This document shows, one piece after another, positions 1 through 9,448 of a stretch of 64,000 nucleotides of DNA. The stretch's first letter is position 1. Each line of letters begins with the position of its first letter. Both the position numbers and the translations under genes were made by a program. Below the pieces are notes generated by a model that was not told where the DNA came from, did no database searches, and saw only the letters and a list, made by a program, of their open reading frames with translations. This DNA is from Clostridia bacterium. Its GTDB lineage: Bacteria > Bacillota > Clostridia > Saccharofermentanales > UBA5734. The DNA is taken from positions 321,930-385,929 of the forward strand of contig JAXGXQ010000001.1 in NCBI GenBank assembly GCA_040772685.1, in the 5' to 3' direction.

Positions 1-1066
1 GGAAGCAGACGGTTGGGAGGCTGCCTTTTCTAATACCTTTTCCACTGACCATAAATAAACTCGAAACGTCAAAAGGAATTTGTTCCGACTCCGCGACAAG
101 CTATTAATATGCGAGCACATGAGATCGATATCCTTTGGGAGGGTGTCAAATGAGCACTTAGCCGAACCATCCGGATAAACTGCGACCGCGCCTCTGGGAT
201 TTCTGGTTGACTGCTGCGGGTCGCAGTAAAAGATGCGGTACGCTTTTTCCAGCGCCTTTGGGTCTGAACTGAACCATTGTCGGTCAAAAGACGGAAGGTG
301 CTGAAAGTTTCGCCGAGAATCGCCTCAATACTTTCTATCGCAGCCAGAGCTGAGCGGGCGGTGTTGTAGTAGCGAATCCGACACAGGAGCAGCTGGGCCT
401 GAGGGAAGAAGGGTCAGAGCACCTTACTGTGAATGTTGCCGATGACGGAACCATCTGGTCGGCGTTGGGCCTGTTTTCACGCGAAGTCTTCAGTACGGCT
501 TCCGCAGGCCTTGTCAACTTATGCTCAGGCTTGAGTCGGGGATTTCGGACTTGAGTCTCAGATCCAGGTTTCGTGCCGGTTGTTGTCGATGAGATTATAG
601 AGAATGCTCGGAGCAGAAGAGTTCATCGGTATTGAATAGGATAATCGACGGCCTTTTACAGAAGTGGTGGCACTGGTGGCGTTCATTCAACTTGAAAAGG
701 ATGCGCTTCTTCTTGGCGTGAAAGTGCTTGAAGTGAGCCTTTCAGGCAGTAAAGCGATATGCAGCTTCTGTCGTCTGCCATTGCAGCAAAGGCGGTTTGC
801 CCAGCCGCAATACAGCCCACAACAAATTACCTCGAAGAACTACAACAGCATTTATGATACAGTTTTCACAGTGACGGATCTGACACTTTGGTGCAGTTAT
901 TTTGGAAATCCGCCTTCAATAAAGATAAAGGTACGATTCTTGGATCTGCGACTATGGTTTTACGATCTCGCCCTAGCTCGCGGGCAATTGCAGAAAGGCC
1001 GTTTTGGCTGAGCATGCTCTGAATGCTAATCCGTTCTGAAAGTGAAAGGTGTTTGAATTGGGCCAT
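1..1066 (-). pseudogene. Degraded IS30-family transposase with multiple frameshifts and stops
   Basis: ORF 866..1066 encodes an IS30-type N-terminal HTH (MAQFKHLSLSERISIQSMLSQNGLSAIARELGRDRKTI). Downstream on the same strand, recognisable catalytic-domain pieces lie in different frames and are interrupted by stops: LLTDNGSEF near 260-300, FYCDP near 215-232, DIDLMCSHINSLSRS near 95-135. There is no intact ORF. The 3' boundary is uncertain and may run off the window. Confidence 0.7.
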
Positions 1067-1230
1067 AAAACTATCCTCCTCTAATTGGCCCAGAGAAGAC
1101 TGATCTGAGTGTAACAGTTATCTTTATTTGAAGAACTAAATACCCGATTGAAGTTTGCAGAACTTATTGCCCATGTTGATGGGCGATTCAGATTGCAAAT
1201 AACCGGTTTCTGGATATTAATATTATGGCA

Positions 1231-1259
1231 TTGACACAAATGCAAATTTAACATACAAT
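1231..1259 (+). promoter_or_regulatory. Sigma-A type promoter for the tRNA pair
   Basis: TTGACA (1231-1236), a 17-nt spacer, then TACAAT (1254-1259), about 40 nt upstream of the first tRNA. Confidence 0.6.
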
Positions 1260-1297
1260 AACTTTCGTCGCTTATTGCGAGCGGCTCAGACAGGGAC

Positions 1298-1374
1298 GGG
1301 CCATTAGCTCAGTTGGTCAGAGCAGCCGGCTCATAACCGGTCGGTCCGGGGTTCAAGTCCCTGATGGCCCACCA
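1298..1374 (+). tRNA. tRNA with CAU anticodon: probably tRNA-Ile2 (lysidine), alternatively elongator tRNA-Met
   Basis: A 77-nt cloverleaf. Acceptor GGGCCAT/ATGGCCC plus ACCA, anticodon loop CTCATAA (CAT at 1332-1334), T-loop GGTTCAAGTCC. It is not an initiator: pair 1:72 is G-C and the anticodon stem lacks the GGG/CCC run. The C4-G69 and C5-G68 pairs and overall Ile-like body favour Ile2. Confidence 0.9.
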
Positions 1375-1414
1375 ACAACGCCTCTACTGAAAAACTACAA
1401 CTGCATATGGATGA

Positions 1415-1499
1415 GGGGGAATTCCCGAGCGGCCAAAGGGGGCAGACTGTAAATCTGTTGTCAACGACTTCGGTGGTTCGAATCCACCTTCCCCCACCA
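1415..1499 (+). tRNA. tRNA-Tyr (GTA)
   Basis: An 85-nt class II tRNA. Acceptor GGGGGAA/TTCCCCC plus ACCA, anticodon loop ACTGTAAATC with GTA, a long variable arm, T-loop GGTTCGAATCC. Confidence 0.95.
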
Positions 1500-1506
1500 G
1501 AAAAAA

Positions 1507-1537
1507 GACTGTGATTTTGAATCGCAGTCTTTTTTTG
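1507..1537 (+). terminator. Rho-independent terminator after the tRNA pair, possibly bidirectional
   Basis: Stem GACTGTGAT/ATCGCAGTC (one G-U pair), loop TTTGA, followed by T8. An A-run precedes it, so it could also terminate the convergent cadD-like gene. Confidence 0.7.
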
Positions 1538-1647
1538 ACGTGCGCCACGCATGGGCGCTTCACTAGACTCTTTTTCGCAAGTGCAAGGAACAGTTTTGTC
1601 AAAACAAGTTAATTGAATAGAAGTTTAACCATTGCCTCAGCTCCCAA

Positions 1648-2274
1648 CTAGCCGACAAAATGCTGAATTGTGCCGTTCTCGAGCAGGATCCAGATACCCA
1701 GTCCTATATAGACAATTGGCACGATGATACGTTCATAGCGTTCGAGTGATTCTGAGATCAGCCGGATGCCGGCGACCTTGTATCCAACAAAACATAATAA
1801 GGCAGACAGGACGACAAAGGTTAATATCGCAGATATAATCCCTGAAATATCGAGTGAAGCAAAATAGGGGATATAGACGCCGATGTTGTCACCGCCGGAT
1901 GCGATTGTGATCAGGGTCATGGTCCAAAATAAGCGGTTTTCCCTGGTATGTTCAAAACGTTCAGCTAATTCATCTTCCTCATCTTCATCGTCATCTTCCT
2001 TACGCACCGCAACATAGATACCTAGTGTGATAGGGATCAGGCCGAGCAGGCCGATGATCCATTCTTCAGGTATGAAGTGCAGCACATAAGCTGCCAGCAG
2101 GCTGGCAATCACCAGAATAGCTGTGCCCAGATAGAGACCAAGCGTGACATGGGAAACGCCGCGTCTGGAACGCGTTTGTGCGAATACGATGGTCAGTATT
2201 ACCAGGTAATCAATGCTGGTTGACACGAATACGGCGATTGCTGACAAGAGATTAGCTGTCATGATTTCGACCAT
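1648..2274 (-). CDS. CadD-family cadmium/metal resistance transporter
   Basis: A 208-aa polytopic membrane protein. The N-terminus MTANLLSAIAVFVSTSIDYLVILTIVFAQ and a central acidic loop (EDDDEDEEDE) are typical of the CadD family. This is family recall only. Confidence 0.65.
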   Translation of the reverse strand: MVEIMTANLLSAIAVFVSTSIDYLVILTIVFAQTRSRRGVSHVTLGLYLGTAILVIASLLAAYVLHFIPEEWIIGLLGLIPITLGIYVAVRKEDDDEDEEDELAERFEHTRENRLFWTMTLITIASGGDNIGVYIPYFASLDISGIISAILTFVVLSALLCFVGYKVAGIRLISESLERYERIIVPIVYIGLGIWILLENGTIQHFVG

Positions 2275-2399
2275 CCTTGAATATTAATCTAATATAGACA
2301 GAAGTTTAGCATAATTTCAAAAAAGGTTATAATGAATCATCGAGGCAAATAGTAACCTGATAATTTTGGCAGCGATCATTAGCTCAGAAGGAGCAAAAA

Positions 2400-3173
2400 T
2401 TGGCAAATTTCTTCAGTCGCATACTTGCAGATAAAAATCAGCGTACTCCTGTAAACAGACCCGGCCATATACGCGAAGCAGAACTGCCGGCAGGCGACCC
2501 GGCAGCTCCGATACTCAGTTGTTCGGATTTGGAGTATCGGGCGGACAGTTTAACGATTGTTCAGGGGCTGAATCTCCAAATAGAATGTTGTGAACGCGTT
2601 GCTCTTACAGGTCCCAGCGGCAGCGGTAAATCAACTATTTTACGCTTACTCGCTAATCTGATCACCCCCACCAAAGGCAGTGTTTATTTTCAGGGCACTG
2701 AACTTAGCAAAATCCCACCTGTTTTATACCGGCGGGAAGTATCCTATTTCTTCCAGACAGCGCGCCTGTTCGGTAGGACGGTACGCGACAACCTGGCCTT
2801 TCCTTATGAAATCAGGCATCTCGATTTTGATGAGGCTCGCGCAGTAAAACTGCTGGAACGCTGCGGCATTGCGGCTGATAGCCTTAACCAGCCGATTGGT
2901 TCGCTTTCAGGCGGTGAGCGTCAGCGGGTGGCGCTGGTGCGTAACCTGCAGTTCACACCCAAGGTTTTGCTGCTGGACGAAATAACCTCGGCTCTGGATC
3001 AGGAAAACCGTGAGATTATCTGGCAGTTTTTAAATGAGCTGACTATTGAAAACAATTTGACATTGTTGATGGTTTCGCATCAGGAAGCAGATATTGAACT
3101 GGCCGACCGGGTTATCGAAGTATGCCCACCGCCAGGAAAAGGCAGTATCAAGAACAACGGCGCTGTTACGTAA
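2400..3173 (+). CDS. ABC transporter ATP-binding protein, FetA/YbbL-like
   Basis: Walker A GPSGSGKST, signature LSGGERQRVAL, Walker B LLLDE. AAGGAG lies upstream of a TTG start. It is paired with a UPF0014 permease. Confidence 0.75.
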   Translation: MANFFSRILADKNQRTPVNRPGHIREAELPAGDPAAPILSCSDLEYRADSLTIVQGLNLQIECCERVALTGPSGSGKSTILRLLANLITPTKGSVYFQGTELSKIPPVLYRREVSYFFQTARLFGRTVRDNLAFPYEIRHLDFDEARAVKLLERCGIAADSLNQPIGSLSGGERQRVALVRNLQFTPKVLLLDEITSALDQENREIIWQFLNELTIENNLTLLMVSHQEADIELADRVIEVCPPPGKGSIKNNGAVT

Positions 3174-3190
3174 AATTATGGGAGTGAGTA

Positions 3191-3964
3191 ATGCCTTCTG
3201 AATTGAACATTACCTTTTGGTCCTTACTGGGATCATTTTCGCTGGTAATCGTGGCAATCGTAATTTCGGGCTGGCTGAAACTGGGAACGCTCAAGGATAT
3301 CGTTGTTGCCAGTATCCGGATGGTTATTCAGTTGATAATAGTTGGTTATTTGCTGACCTATCTATTCCGCCTCGATAATGCCTGGGTTACAATTGGCATA
3401 GTATTGGTTATGGTTGTGAACGCCGCTTTTCAGGCTTCGCGCCAGGGAATAGGACTAAACGGCGCTTTCTTGATTTCGTTACTGGCAATCGGAGCGTCAA
3501 CTGTATTAAGCCTGGCTGTTCTGACTGCGACCCGTTCCATCTCATTTGTACCTTCACAGGTTATTTCGATAACAGGAATGCTGGCAGGCAACGCCATGAC
3601 CGCTGTCGGATTATGTTTTCGCAATCTCAAATCGTTGTTTAGGGATAATCATCAGGCTATTGAAGAACGGCTGGCGCTTGGTGCCACACCTCTGCAATCA
3701 GCTGTCACCATTGTGCGCGAATCAGTACGCCTGGGCACACAGCCAACTATTGACAACACCAAAACAATCGGTCTGGTTTCACTCCCCGGCATGATGACCG
3801 GTCTGATGTTCGCCGGCACCGTACCAACCGCGGCAATCAAGTATCAGATTATGGTCATGTTTATGCTGCTGGCTACTACATCTATCACGTCAACTGTCGC
3901 CAGCTTCCTGGCAGTACGCGAGTTTTTTACTCCGAATGCGCAACTGAAGAGGTTTTTTCTTTAA
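3191..3964 (+). CDS. ABC transporter permease, FetB/YbbM (UPF0014) family
   Basis: A 257-aa multi-TM protein directly downstream of the ATPase, with GGAG upstream of the ATG. This two-gene architecture is typical of fetAB/ybbLM. Confidence 0.7.
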   Translation: MPSELNITFWSLLGSFSLVIVAIVISGWLKLGTLKDIVVASIRMVIQLIIVGYLLTYLFRLDNAWVTIGIVLVMVVNAAFQASRQGIGLNGAFLISLLAIGASTVLSLAVLTATRSISFVPSQVISITGMLAGNAMTAVGLCFRNLKSLFRDNHQAIEERLALGATPLQSAVTIVRESVRLGTQPTIDNTKTIGLVSLPGMMTGLMFAGTVPTAAIKYQIMVMFMLLATTSITSTVASFLAVREFFTPNAQLKRFFL

Positions 3965-4110
3965 GAAAAGCAGGTTTGAGAATTTGGATCTCAAATACTT
4001 GATATTCGCCACTTAATGCAGTATTGCTGCTTTATGTGGTGAAAATATGCATATATATAGCTCTGATTTCTTTAGTCAAATAACGGAAGGTCTAACTGCT
4101 AAAAGTTAAT

Positions 4111-5037
4111 TTAATCATCTGCTTCTGTTCTCTCAATAGACAGTGTATGCCTCAAACCGCCCTTGAATACTGTTATGTAGCTGGCGGTGACTTCGGCGCC
4201 GACCATAATTACCAACGAGCTGATATACAGCCAGATTAACAGAACAATAATTCCGCCCAGTGAGCCATAGGTGCGTGAATAATTGCTGAAATTATCAACA
4301 TAGAAACTGAAACCTAATGAAATCAGTATCCAGGCAACTGCTGTAAATGTGCCGCCCAGTAAGGCTTCTTTAAAAGTGACTCTGTGGTCTGCCGGAAAAC
4401 CGGGTCCGAATTTGAACAGCAAACTGAAGCCAAGTGTCATGACAATCAGCGGCAGAATTGTGCGCGTCAGATCCCAAATCAGGATAATTGTTTCTGTCGC
4501 TGTGGGGGTATTGATCAGACTAATAGCTGCTTTTATCAGCTGATCACCAAAAACCTGACTGACCATGGTGAGAATAATCATCAGCGCCAGCATTAAGGTA
4601 AAAAACACGGATACCAACCGTTTTACAATTCCTGGACGCTTATTGGTAGTGTCAAAAGCCGCTGACATCGCGTTTAATAAGTTAGCCATGCCGCTTGACC
4701 CCGACCAGAGTGCCAAAAATAACGTTGTTGACAGCAGCGTAATTGAACGTTGGCTGACGATTTCGGTAATAATCGGCCCCAACAATTCACGAGTATTACT
4801 GGGAAGATTTGACAGCAATTGTGCTAAAACATCTTCACTGGCCAAGGGGGTATAAGGAACAATAGTCAGTATAAATACCAGAAAATGGAAAAATGAAAGC
4901 ACCAGATAATATGATAACTGGGCGCCGACTTCACCAACTTTATCCTGCTTGATTCTACGGATCAATTCTTTAAGAAACTGATAAAATAATTTATCATTAT
5001 GTTTTTTGTCAAGCTTTTGTGCAATTTTATCCACCAT
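4111..5037 (-). CDS. YihY/BrkB-family membrane protein
   Basis: A 308-aa protein with six predicted TM segments. The N-terminal FYQFLKELIRRIKQDKVGEVGAQLSYYLVLSFF resembles the YihY (formerly called RNase BN) family. Confidence 0.7.
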   Translation of the reverse strand: MVDKIAQKLDKKHNDKLFYQFLKELIRRIKQDKVGEVGAQLSYYLVLSFFHFLVFILTIVPYTPLASEDVLAQLLSNLPSNTRELLGPIITEIVSQRSITLLSTTLFLALWSGSSGMANLLNAMSAAFDTTNKRPGIVKRLVSVFFTLMLALMIILTMVSQVFGDQLIKAAISLINTPTATETIILIWDLTRTILPLIVMTLGFSLLFKFGPGFPADHRVTFKEALLGGTFTAVAWILISLGFSFYVDNFSNYSRTYGSLGGIIVLLIWLYISSLVIMVGAEVTASYITVFKGGLRHTLSIERTEADD

Positions 5038-5185
5038 CTGCCAAGCCTCCTGAACTGGACTTGAAGTTTATTTATAATAACGTTGCCATGAGCAGATAAT
5101 TATTACAAGTTCATAGGAAACAGCTTCTGTTATAATTAGTAATAGTAAATCGATGATAGTTAGATTCCGGTTGGAGGTGGCTTTG

Positions 5186-6310
5186 ATGCATGATGTAGTT
5201 GTTGTCGGTGCCGGACTGGCCGGAGCAGCGGCTGCGCGTCTGCTGGCTGATTCAGGCCGGGCAGTTCTGGTGCTGGAACGTAACGATTTCATCGGCGGCA
5301 ACTGTGCCGATGAATGGTCGCCTGAGGGGATTCTGGTTCAGCGCTTCGGGCCGCATGTGATTCATACTGAAAGCAGGGAAGCGTGGCGGTTTTTCAGCCG
5401 CTTCGCCGAGCTGATTCCTTATCATCATCGGGTTGAAACCTGCGTTGACGGCCAAAACCTGCCGTTTCCAATCAATCGTGACACAATCTGCCAGTTATTT
5501 GGAGCCCAAATTACTACTGATGAAATTGCTGAGTTTCTGGCTACTGAGGTTGAAGGTTCAGTCTATAATGACCCGCCGGAAAATTTCCGCGATGTGATTG
5601 TCAGTCAGGTCGGACAGCGCTTGTACGAAAAATTCTTCCATAATTACGCGATCAAGCACTGGCAAATTGATCCAACTGAGCTCAGCGCTGAGGTTGCCGC
5701 CCGCGTTCTGGTCAGGCAAAACCGTGACAGCCGTTATTTTCTGGAAAAATATCAGGGACTGCCGGCGACCGGCTTTACGGCGATGATTGATGAGATGATG
5801 AATCATCCACAAATAGAAATACGCCTGGCAACCGATTATTTTGCTGATCGTTATGAGTATGACGACCATGCTAAAGAGCAACCGATCATTTTTACCGGCA
5901 AGCTCGACAGCTACTTTAATTTTGAGTTCGGCCACCTGGGTTACCGGTCAATGCGTTATGAATTCCGGGCTTTGCCAGTGGCGAAATATCAAACGGCAGC
6001 AGTAGTCAATTATCCGAATGATTATGACTTCACGCGTGTGATTGAATATAAGCAAATGAATATATCCAAAGCCGAGAATACCGTGATTTGCCGGGAATAC
6101 CCGGTAGAAGACGGCATACCGGCCTATGTTGTGTTGACGCCGGAAAATATTTCCCGCCGCGCTGCTTATCTGACCAGGGCGGAAGCACTTGAAGCCGCGG
6201 GAGAGGTATATTTTGTCGGCCGTCTGGCTGAATTCCGTTCCTACAACATGGACGAGGTGGTGCTTTCAGTGATGAATAAACTGACACCTTTGACGGGCGA
6301 TATTCATTGA
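5186..6310 (+). CDS. glf: UDP-galactopyranose mutase
   Basis: FAD fold VVVVGAGLAGAAAARLL and motifs IGGNC, FGPHVIHT, YEKFF..Y..K.W. Start chosen at the ATG at 5186, behind GGAGGTG. The supplied ORF starts at 5153. Confidence 0.85.
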   Translation: MHDVVVVGAGLAGAAAARLLADSGRAVLVLERNDFIGGNCADEWSPEGILVQRFGPHVIHTESREAWRFFSRFAELIPYHHRVETCVDGQNLPFPINRDTICQLFGAQITTDEIAEFLATEVEGSVYNDPPENFRDVIVSQVGQRLYEKFFHNYAIKHWQIDPTELSAEVAARVLVRQNRDSRYFLEKYQGLPATGFTAMIDEMMNHPQIEIRLATDYFADRYEYDDHAKEQPIIFTGKLDSYFNFEFGHLGYRSMRYEFRALPVAKYQTAAVVNYPNDYDFTRVIEYKQMNISKAENTVICREYPVEDGIPAYVVLTPENISRRAAYLTRAEALEAAGEVYFVGRLAEFRSYNMDEVVLSVMNKLTPLTGDIH

Positions 6311-6336
6311 CAGCCTTTGCTGTATTGTGCTAATAT
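6307..6336 (+). promoter_or_regulatory. Sigma-A type promoter upstream of tRNA-Leu and, by inference, the pyr operon
   Basis: TTGACA (6307-6312, overlapping the glf stop), a 17/18-nt spacer, then CTAATAT (6330-6336). Confidence 0.6.
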
Positions 6337-6382
6337 TTTGCCGTTCAGACTGAGCTGGAAGCTTGGCGCGAACATTTCCGAT

Positions 6383-6469
6383 GGGGTTGTGGCGGAACTG
6401 GCAGACGCAGCAGACTCAAAATCTGCCGATCGAGAGATCGTAAGGGTTCGATTCCCTTCATCCCCACCA
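6383..6469 (+). tRNA. tRNA-Leu (CAA)
   Basis: An 87-nt class II tRNA. It has TGGCGGAACTGGCAGACGC in the D region, anticodon loop CTCAAAA, a long variable arm, T arm AAGGGTTCGATTCCCTT, and CATCCCC-A-CCA at the 3' end. There is one U-U mismatch in the acceptor stem. Confidence 0.9.
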
Positions 6470-6475
6470 TTTTTC

Positions 6476-6587
6476 CTTTAACGAGTCCCGTGAGGCTTGC
6501 AAGGATTTCCAACTGAATCGTGACCGGGCCCGTTGGCCCGCTTGATTTTCGGGAGCCTTCTGCCGTTCGGGACAGAGGGCTTTTTTG
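6476..6587 (+). promoter_or_regulatory. PyrR-dependent transcription attenuator: PyrR binding hairpin plus terminator
   Basis: CCTTTAACGAGTCCCGTGAGGCTTGCAAGG contains AGUCCCGUGAGGCU (6484-6497), close to the PyrR-binding consensus ARUCCAGAGAGGYU. It is followed by the terminator AGCCTTCTG...CAGAGGGCT plus T6 (6554-6587), 60 nt before the pyrR ATG. Confidence 0.75.
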
Positions 6588-6647
6588 TATCCCGCGTTTA
6601 GCTGACAATTGAAGCTGAAGCGGGTCCAACCGGAAGGAGAACTTAAG

Positions 6648-7226
6648 ATGCCGGAATTCAAGACCAAGGCCACACTAATGGACGATCGCGCATTTGACCG
6701 CGCGCTCAGCCGCATCGCTCACGAAATTCTGGAACGCAACAAGGGAATTAAGAATCTATGTCTTGTCGGAATTCAACGCCGAGGGGTACCGCTGGCACGC
6801 CGGATTGCCGATAAAATTCAAACATTTGAAGGCCAGGCACCCAAAATGGGAGTACTCGACATTACCTTTTACCGTGACGACCTCAGCATGCTGGCTGAAC
6901 ACCCTGTAATCAACAGCACATCCATACCGTTCAACGTCAATGGGCTGAAAATTGTTTTGGTCGATGATGTGCTATACACCGGCCGCACAGTCAGAGCGGC
7001 CATTGAAGCGCTGTTTGACATGGGTAGGCCGGCCCAGATTCAACTGGCGATTATGATTGACCGCGGCCACCGGGAACTGCCGATCCGGGCTGATTATATC
7101 GGCAAGAACGTGCCGACCTCCCGCAGCGAAATGATCGCCGTCCAGGTCCAGGAAATTGACGGTGCAGACGGAGTAATGCTCTGCGAAACAATTAGCGAGG
7201 AGGAGCCCAATGCAGCTGAAGAATAA
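6648..7226 (+). CDS. pyrR: Bifunctional pyr operon regulator / uracil phosphoribosyltransferase PyrR
   Basis: PRPP motif [17 protein letters not shown] and the N-terminal region [30 protein letters not shown] lies upstream of the ATG at 6648. Confidence 0.95.
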   Translation: MPEFKTKATLMDDRAFDRALSRIAHEILERNKGIKNLCLVGIQRRGVPLARRIADKIQTFEGQAPKMGVLDITFYRDDLSMLAEHPVINSTSIPFNVNGLKIVLVDDVLYTGRTVRAAIEALFDMGRPAQIQLAIMIDRGHRELPIRADYIGKNVPTSRSEMIAVQVQEIDGADGVMLCETISEEEPNAAEE

Positions 7227-8154
7227 AGACCTGCTCGGCATTGCCGGTTTAAGTGCAGACGAGATAAACCTGATTCTCGACACGGCAACTACCATGAAAC
7301 TTGTCCTGAGCTCGCGCACCAAGAAAACCGCTCATTTGCAGGGGCAGTCTGTGGTTACTGTGTTTTATGAAAACAGCACCCGTACCAGGCTGTCTTTTGA
7401 AATGGCCTGTAAGTTCATGGGAGCAGCTTCGGCCAACATCGCGCCCTCCGGCAGCAGCGTCAAGAAGGGTGAAAACCTGATCGATACTGCCCGCACAATT
7501 GATGCCATGGCCACAGATATTCTGGTAATGCGCCATCCCAACTCCGGCGCCCCGCACCGCATTGCACCATTAATCAAAGCAAGTGTTATAAACGCCGGCG
7601 ACGGTATGAATGAGCACCCGACCCAGGCTTTGCTGGACGCTTTCACCATGCGCGAAAAACTCGGCAGCCTTGAAGGTCTTGAAGTCGCGATTATTGGCGA
7701 TATTGCCCACAGCAGGGTTGCCCGCAGCAATATCTACCTGCTTACGACCATGGGCGCCAAGGTGCGTCTGGCTGGGCCGCGAACTTTGATGCCGGTCGAA
7801 ATTGCCCGCCTGGGCGCCACTGTCTGCCCCACAGTATTAGAAGCGGCAAGCGGTGCAGATGTGGTAATGGCTTTGCGCTTACAGCTGGAGCGCCAGCAAA
7901 AGGCTTTGTTTCCTTCCATTCCAGAATATGCCCGCTTTTTCGCGGTCGACCGCAAAGCTCTGGCAGCGGCCAAACCGGGTGCTTTAATTATGCACCCCGG
8001 CCCCGCAAATCACGGCATTGAAATTCCCACGGAAGTGTACGACAGCCCGCAATCGGTGATTAACGAACAGGTTCAGAACGGTGTCGCGATCCGGATGGCG
8101 ATTATGTATCTGCTTTCAGCAAGGAGGAACCCTGCTTATGAATATTCGAATTGA
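7210..8154 (+). CDS. pyrB: Aspartate carbamoyltransferase catalytic subunit
   Basis: Motifs [17 protein letters not shown] and HPGP. It overlaps the pyrR end by 17 nt. Confidence 0.95.
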   Translation: MQLKNKDLLGIAGLSADEINLILDTATTMKLVLSSRTKKTAHLQGQSVVTVFYENSTRTRLSFEMACKFMGAASANIAPSGSSVKKGENLIDTARTIDAMATDILVMRHPNSGAPHRIAPLIKASVINAGDGMNEHPTQALLDAFTMREKLGSLEGLEVAIIGDIAHSRVARSNIYLLTTMGAKVRLAGPRTLMPVEIARLGATVCPTVLEAASGADVVMALRLQLERQQKALFPSIPEYARFFAVDRKALAAAKPGALIMHPGPANHGIEIPTEVYDSPQSVINEQVQNGVAIRMAIMYLLSARRNPAYEYSN

Positions 8155-9448
8155 TAATGGTCACGTGGTTGACCCTGCCAACGGTCTTGACGGCATCTTT
8201 ACTGTAGCGCTGATCGACGGTCGGATTGAGCTTATTGCGGAAGAAGGCAAGGGCGCGAGCGAAGTCGAAACCTTGGCAGACAGCCGCTTTGACCGCATCG
8301 TCGATGCCTCTGGCTGGCATGTTCTGCCCGGCTTGATTGACGCCCACTGCCACTTGCGCGACCCGGGCTACGAGTATAAGGAAGACATCGTCAGCGGTAC
8401 CCGCAGCGCGGCAGCCGGCGGCTTTACTTCAGTCATGTGTATGCCGAATACACTGCCGGTCTGCGATAGTGCCGCAGTTGTGAGCTATATCCGTGATAAA
8501 GCTGCGCGGGAGGGCTTTGCGCGTGTTTTTCCGATCGGTGCCTTAAGCAAAGGTGAAAAAGGGCTGGAGCTTTCTGAAATCGGTCTGATGGCTGAACAAG
8601 GTATCGTCGCGATCTCCGATGACGGCCAGCCGGTGGATACCGGTGACCTGATGCGCAAGGCAATGGAATATGCCTCGGCCTTTGGCCTGAAGGTTATTTC
8701 CCATTGTGAAGAGCGCAGTCTGGCTGAGAACGGCCATATGAATGAAGGTTTCGTTTCCACCCGTTTGGGCCTGCGCGGTATTCCGAGTGCTGCCGAGGAT
8801 ATTCAGATAGCACGCGAAATTGTACTTGCAGAATATCTCGATTTACCGGTACATATAGCTCATGTCAGCACTGCCACTGGCGTTGACCTGATTCGCTCTG
8901 CCAAAGCGAGGGGAGTCAAGGTTACCTGCGAGACTTGTCCTCATTATTTCACGCTGACAGATGAAGCCTGTCTGAACTACGATACCAATGCCAAAATGAA
9001 TCCGCCTCTGCGGTCTGCCCGCGATGTTGAAGCTATTATTGCAGGCCTGGCGGATGGCACAATTGATCTGATTGTCACTGACCACGCACCGCATCATGAG
9101 GATGAAAAGGATGTTGAATTCGCCTTGGCCAGTAATGGTATCATCGGGTTTGAAACCGCCTTTTCCCTGACTTACGGCGCTCTGGTCAAAACCGGCCGAA
9201 TCAGCCTTGAGCGATTGGTTGAACTGATGTCGGTGCAACCGGCCCGAATTTTCCTGCCAGCCTACGGAACGCTGAAACTTGGCAGCCCGGCGGATGTTAC
9301 CCTGGTTGACCTAAATGCTGATTGGGTTGCTGACCGTTTTAAAATGCATTCCAAAGCCCGCAACACACCATGGCATGGCAGCAAGATGACTGGTAAGGTG
9401 TGCATGACTATTACAGGAGGCAGAATTACGCATGAGAATGTCGATTAA
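8138..9448 (+). CDS. pyrC: Dihydroorotase
   Basis: Motifs DAHCHLRDPG and DHAPH. Start chosen at the ATG at 8138, behind AGGAGG. The supplied ORF starts at 8081. Confidence 0.95.
   Translation: MNIRIDNGHVVDPANGLDGIFTVALIDGRIELIAEEGKGASEVETLADSRFDRIVDASGWHVLPGLIDAHCHLRDPGYEYKEDIVSGTRSAAAGGFTSVMCMPNTLPVCDSAAVVSYIRDKAAREGFARVFPIGALSKGEKGLELSEIGLMAEQGIVAISDDGQPVDTGDLMRKAMEYASAFGLKVISHCEERSLAENGHMNEGFVSTRLGLRGIPSAAEDIQIAREIVLAEYLDLPVHIAHVSTATGVDLIRSAKARGVKVTCETCPHYFTLTDEACLNYDTNAKMNPPLRSARDVEAIIAGLADGTIDLIVTDHAPHHEDEKDVEFALASNGIIGFETAFSLTYGALVKTGRISLERLVELMSVQPARIFLPAYGTLKLGSPADVTLVDLNADWVADRFKMHSKARNTPWHGSKMTGKVCMTITGGRITHENVD

Noticed and set aside
664-1011. A 115-aa + strand ORF and other short ORFs (69..287, 335..517) in the first kilobase.
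   Set aside because: The region is better explained as a frameshifted IS30-family transposase on the - strand. These ORFs are fragments or shadow frames of that pseudogene.
1331-1602. ORFs 1331..1552 and 1384..1602 (- strand), and ORFs 6345..6629 and 6458..6715 (- strand).
   Set aside because: They overlap the tRNA genes and the PyrR attenuator and are read through structured RNA sequence, so they are not coding.
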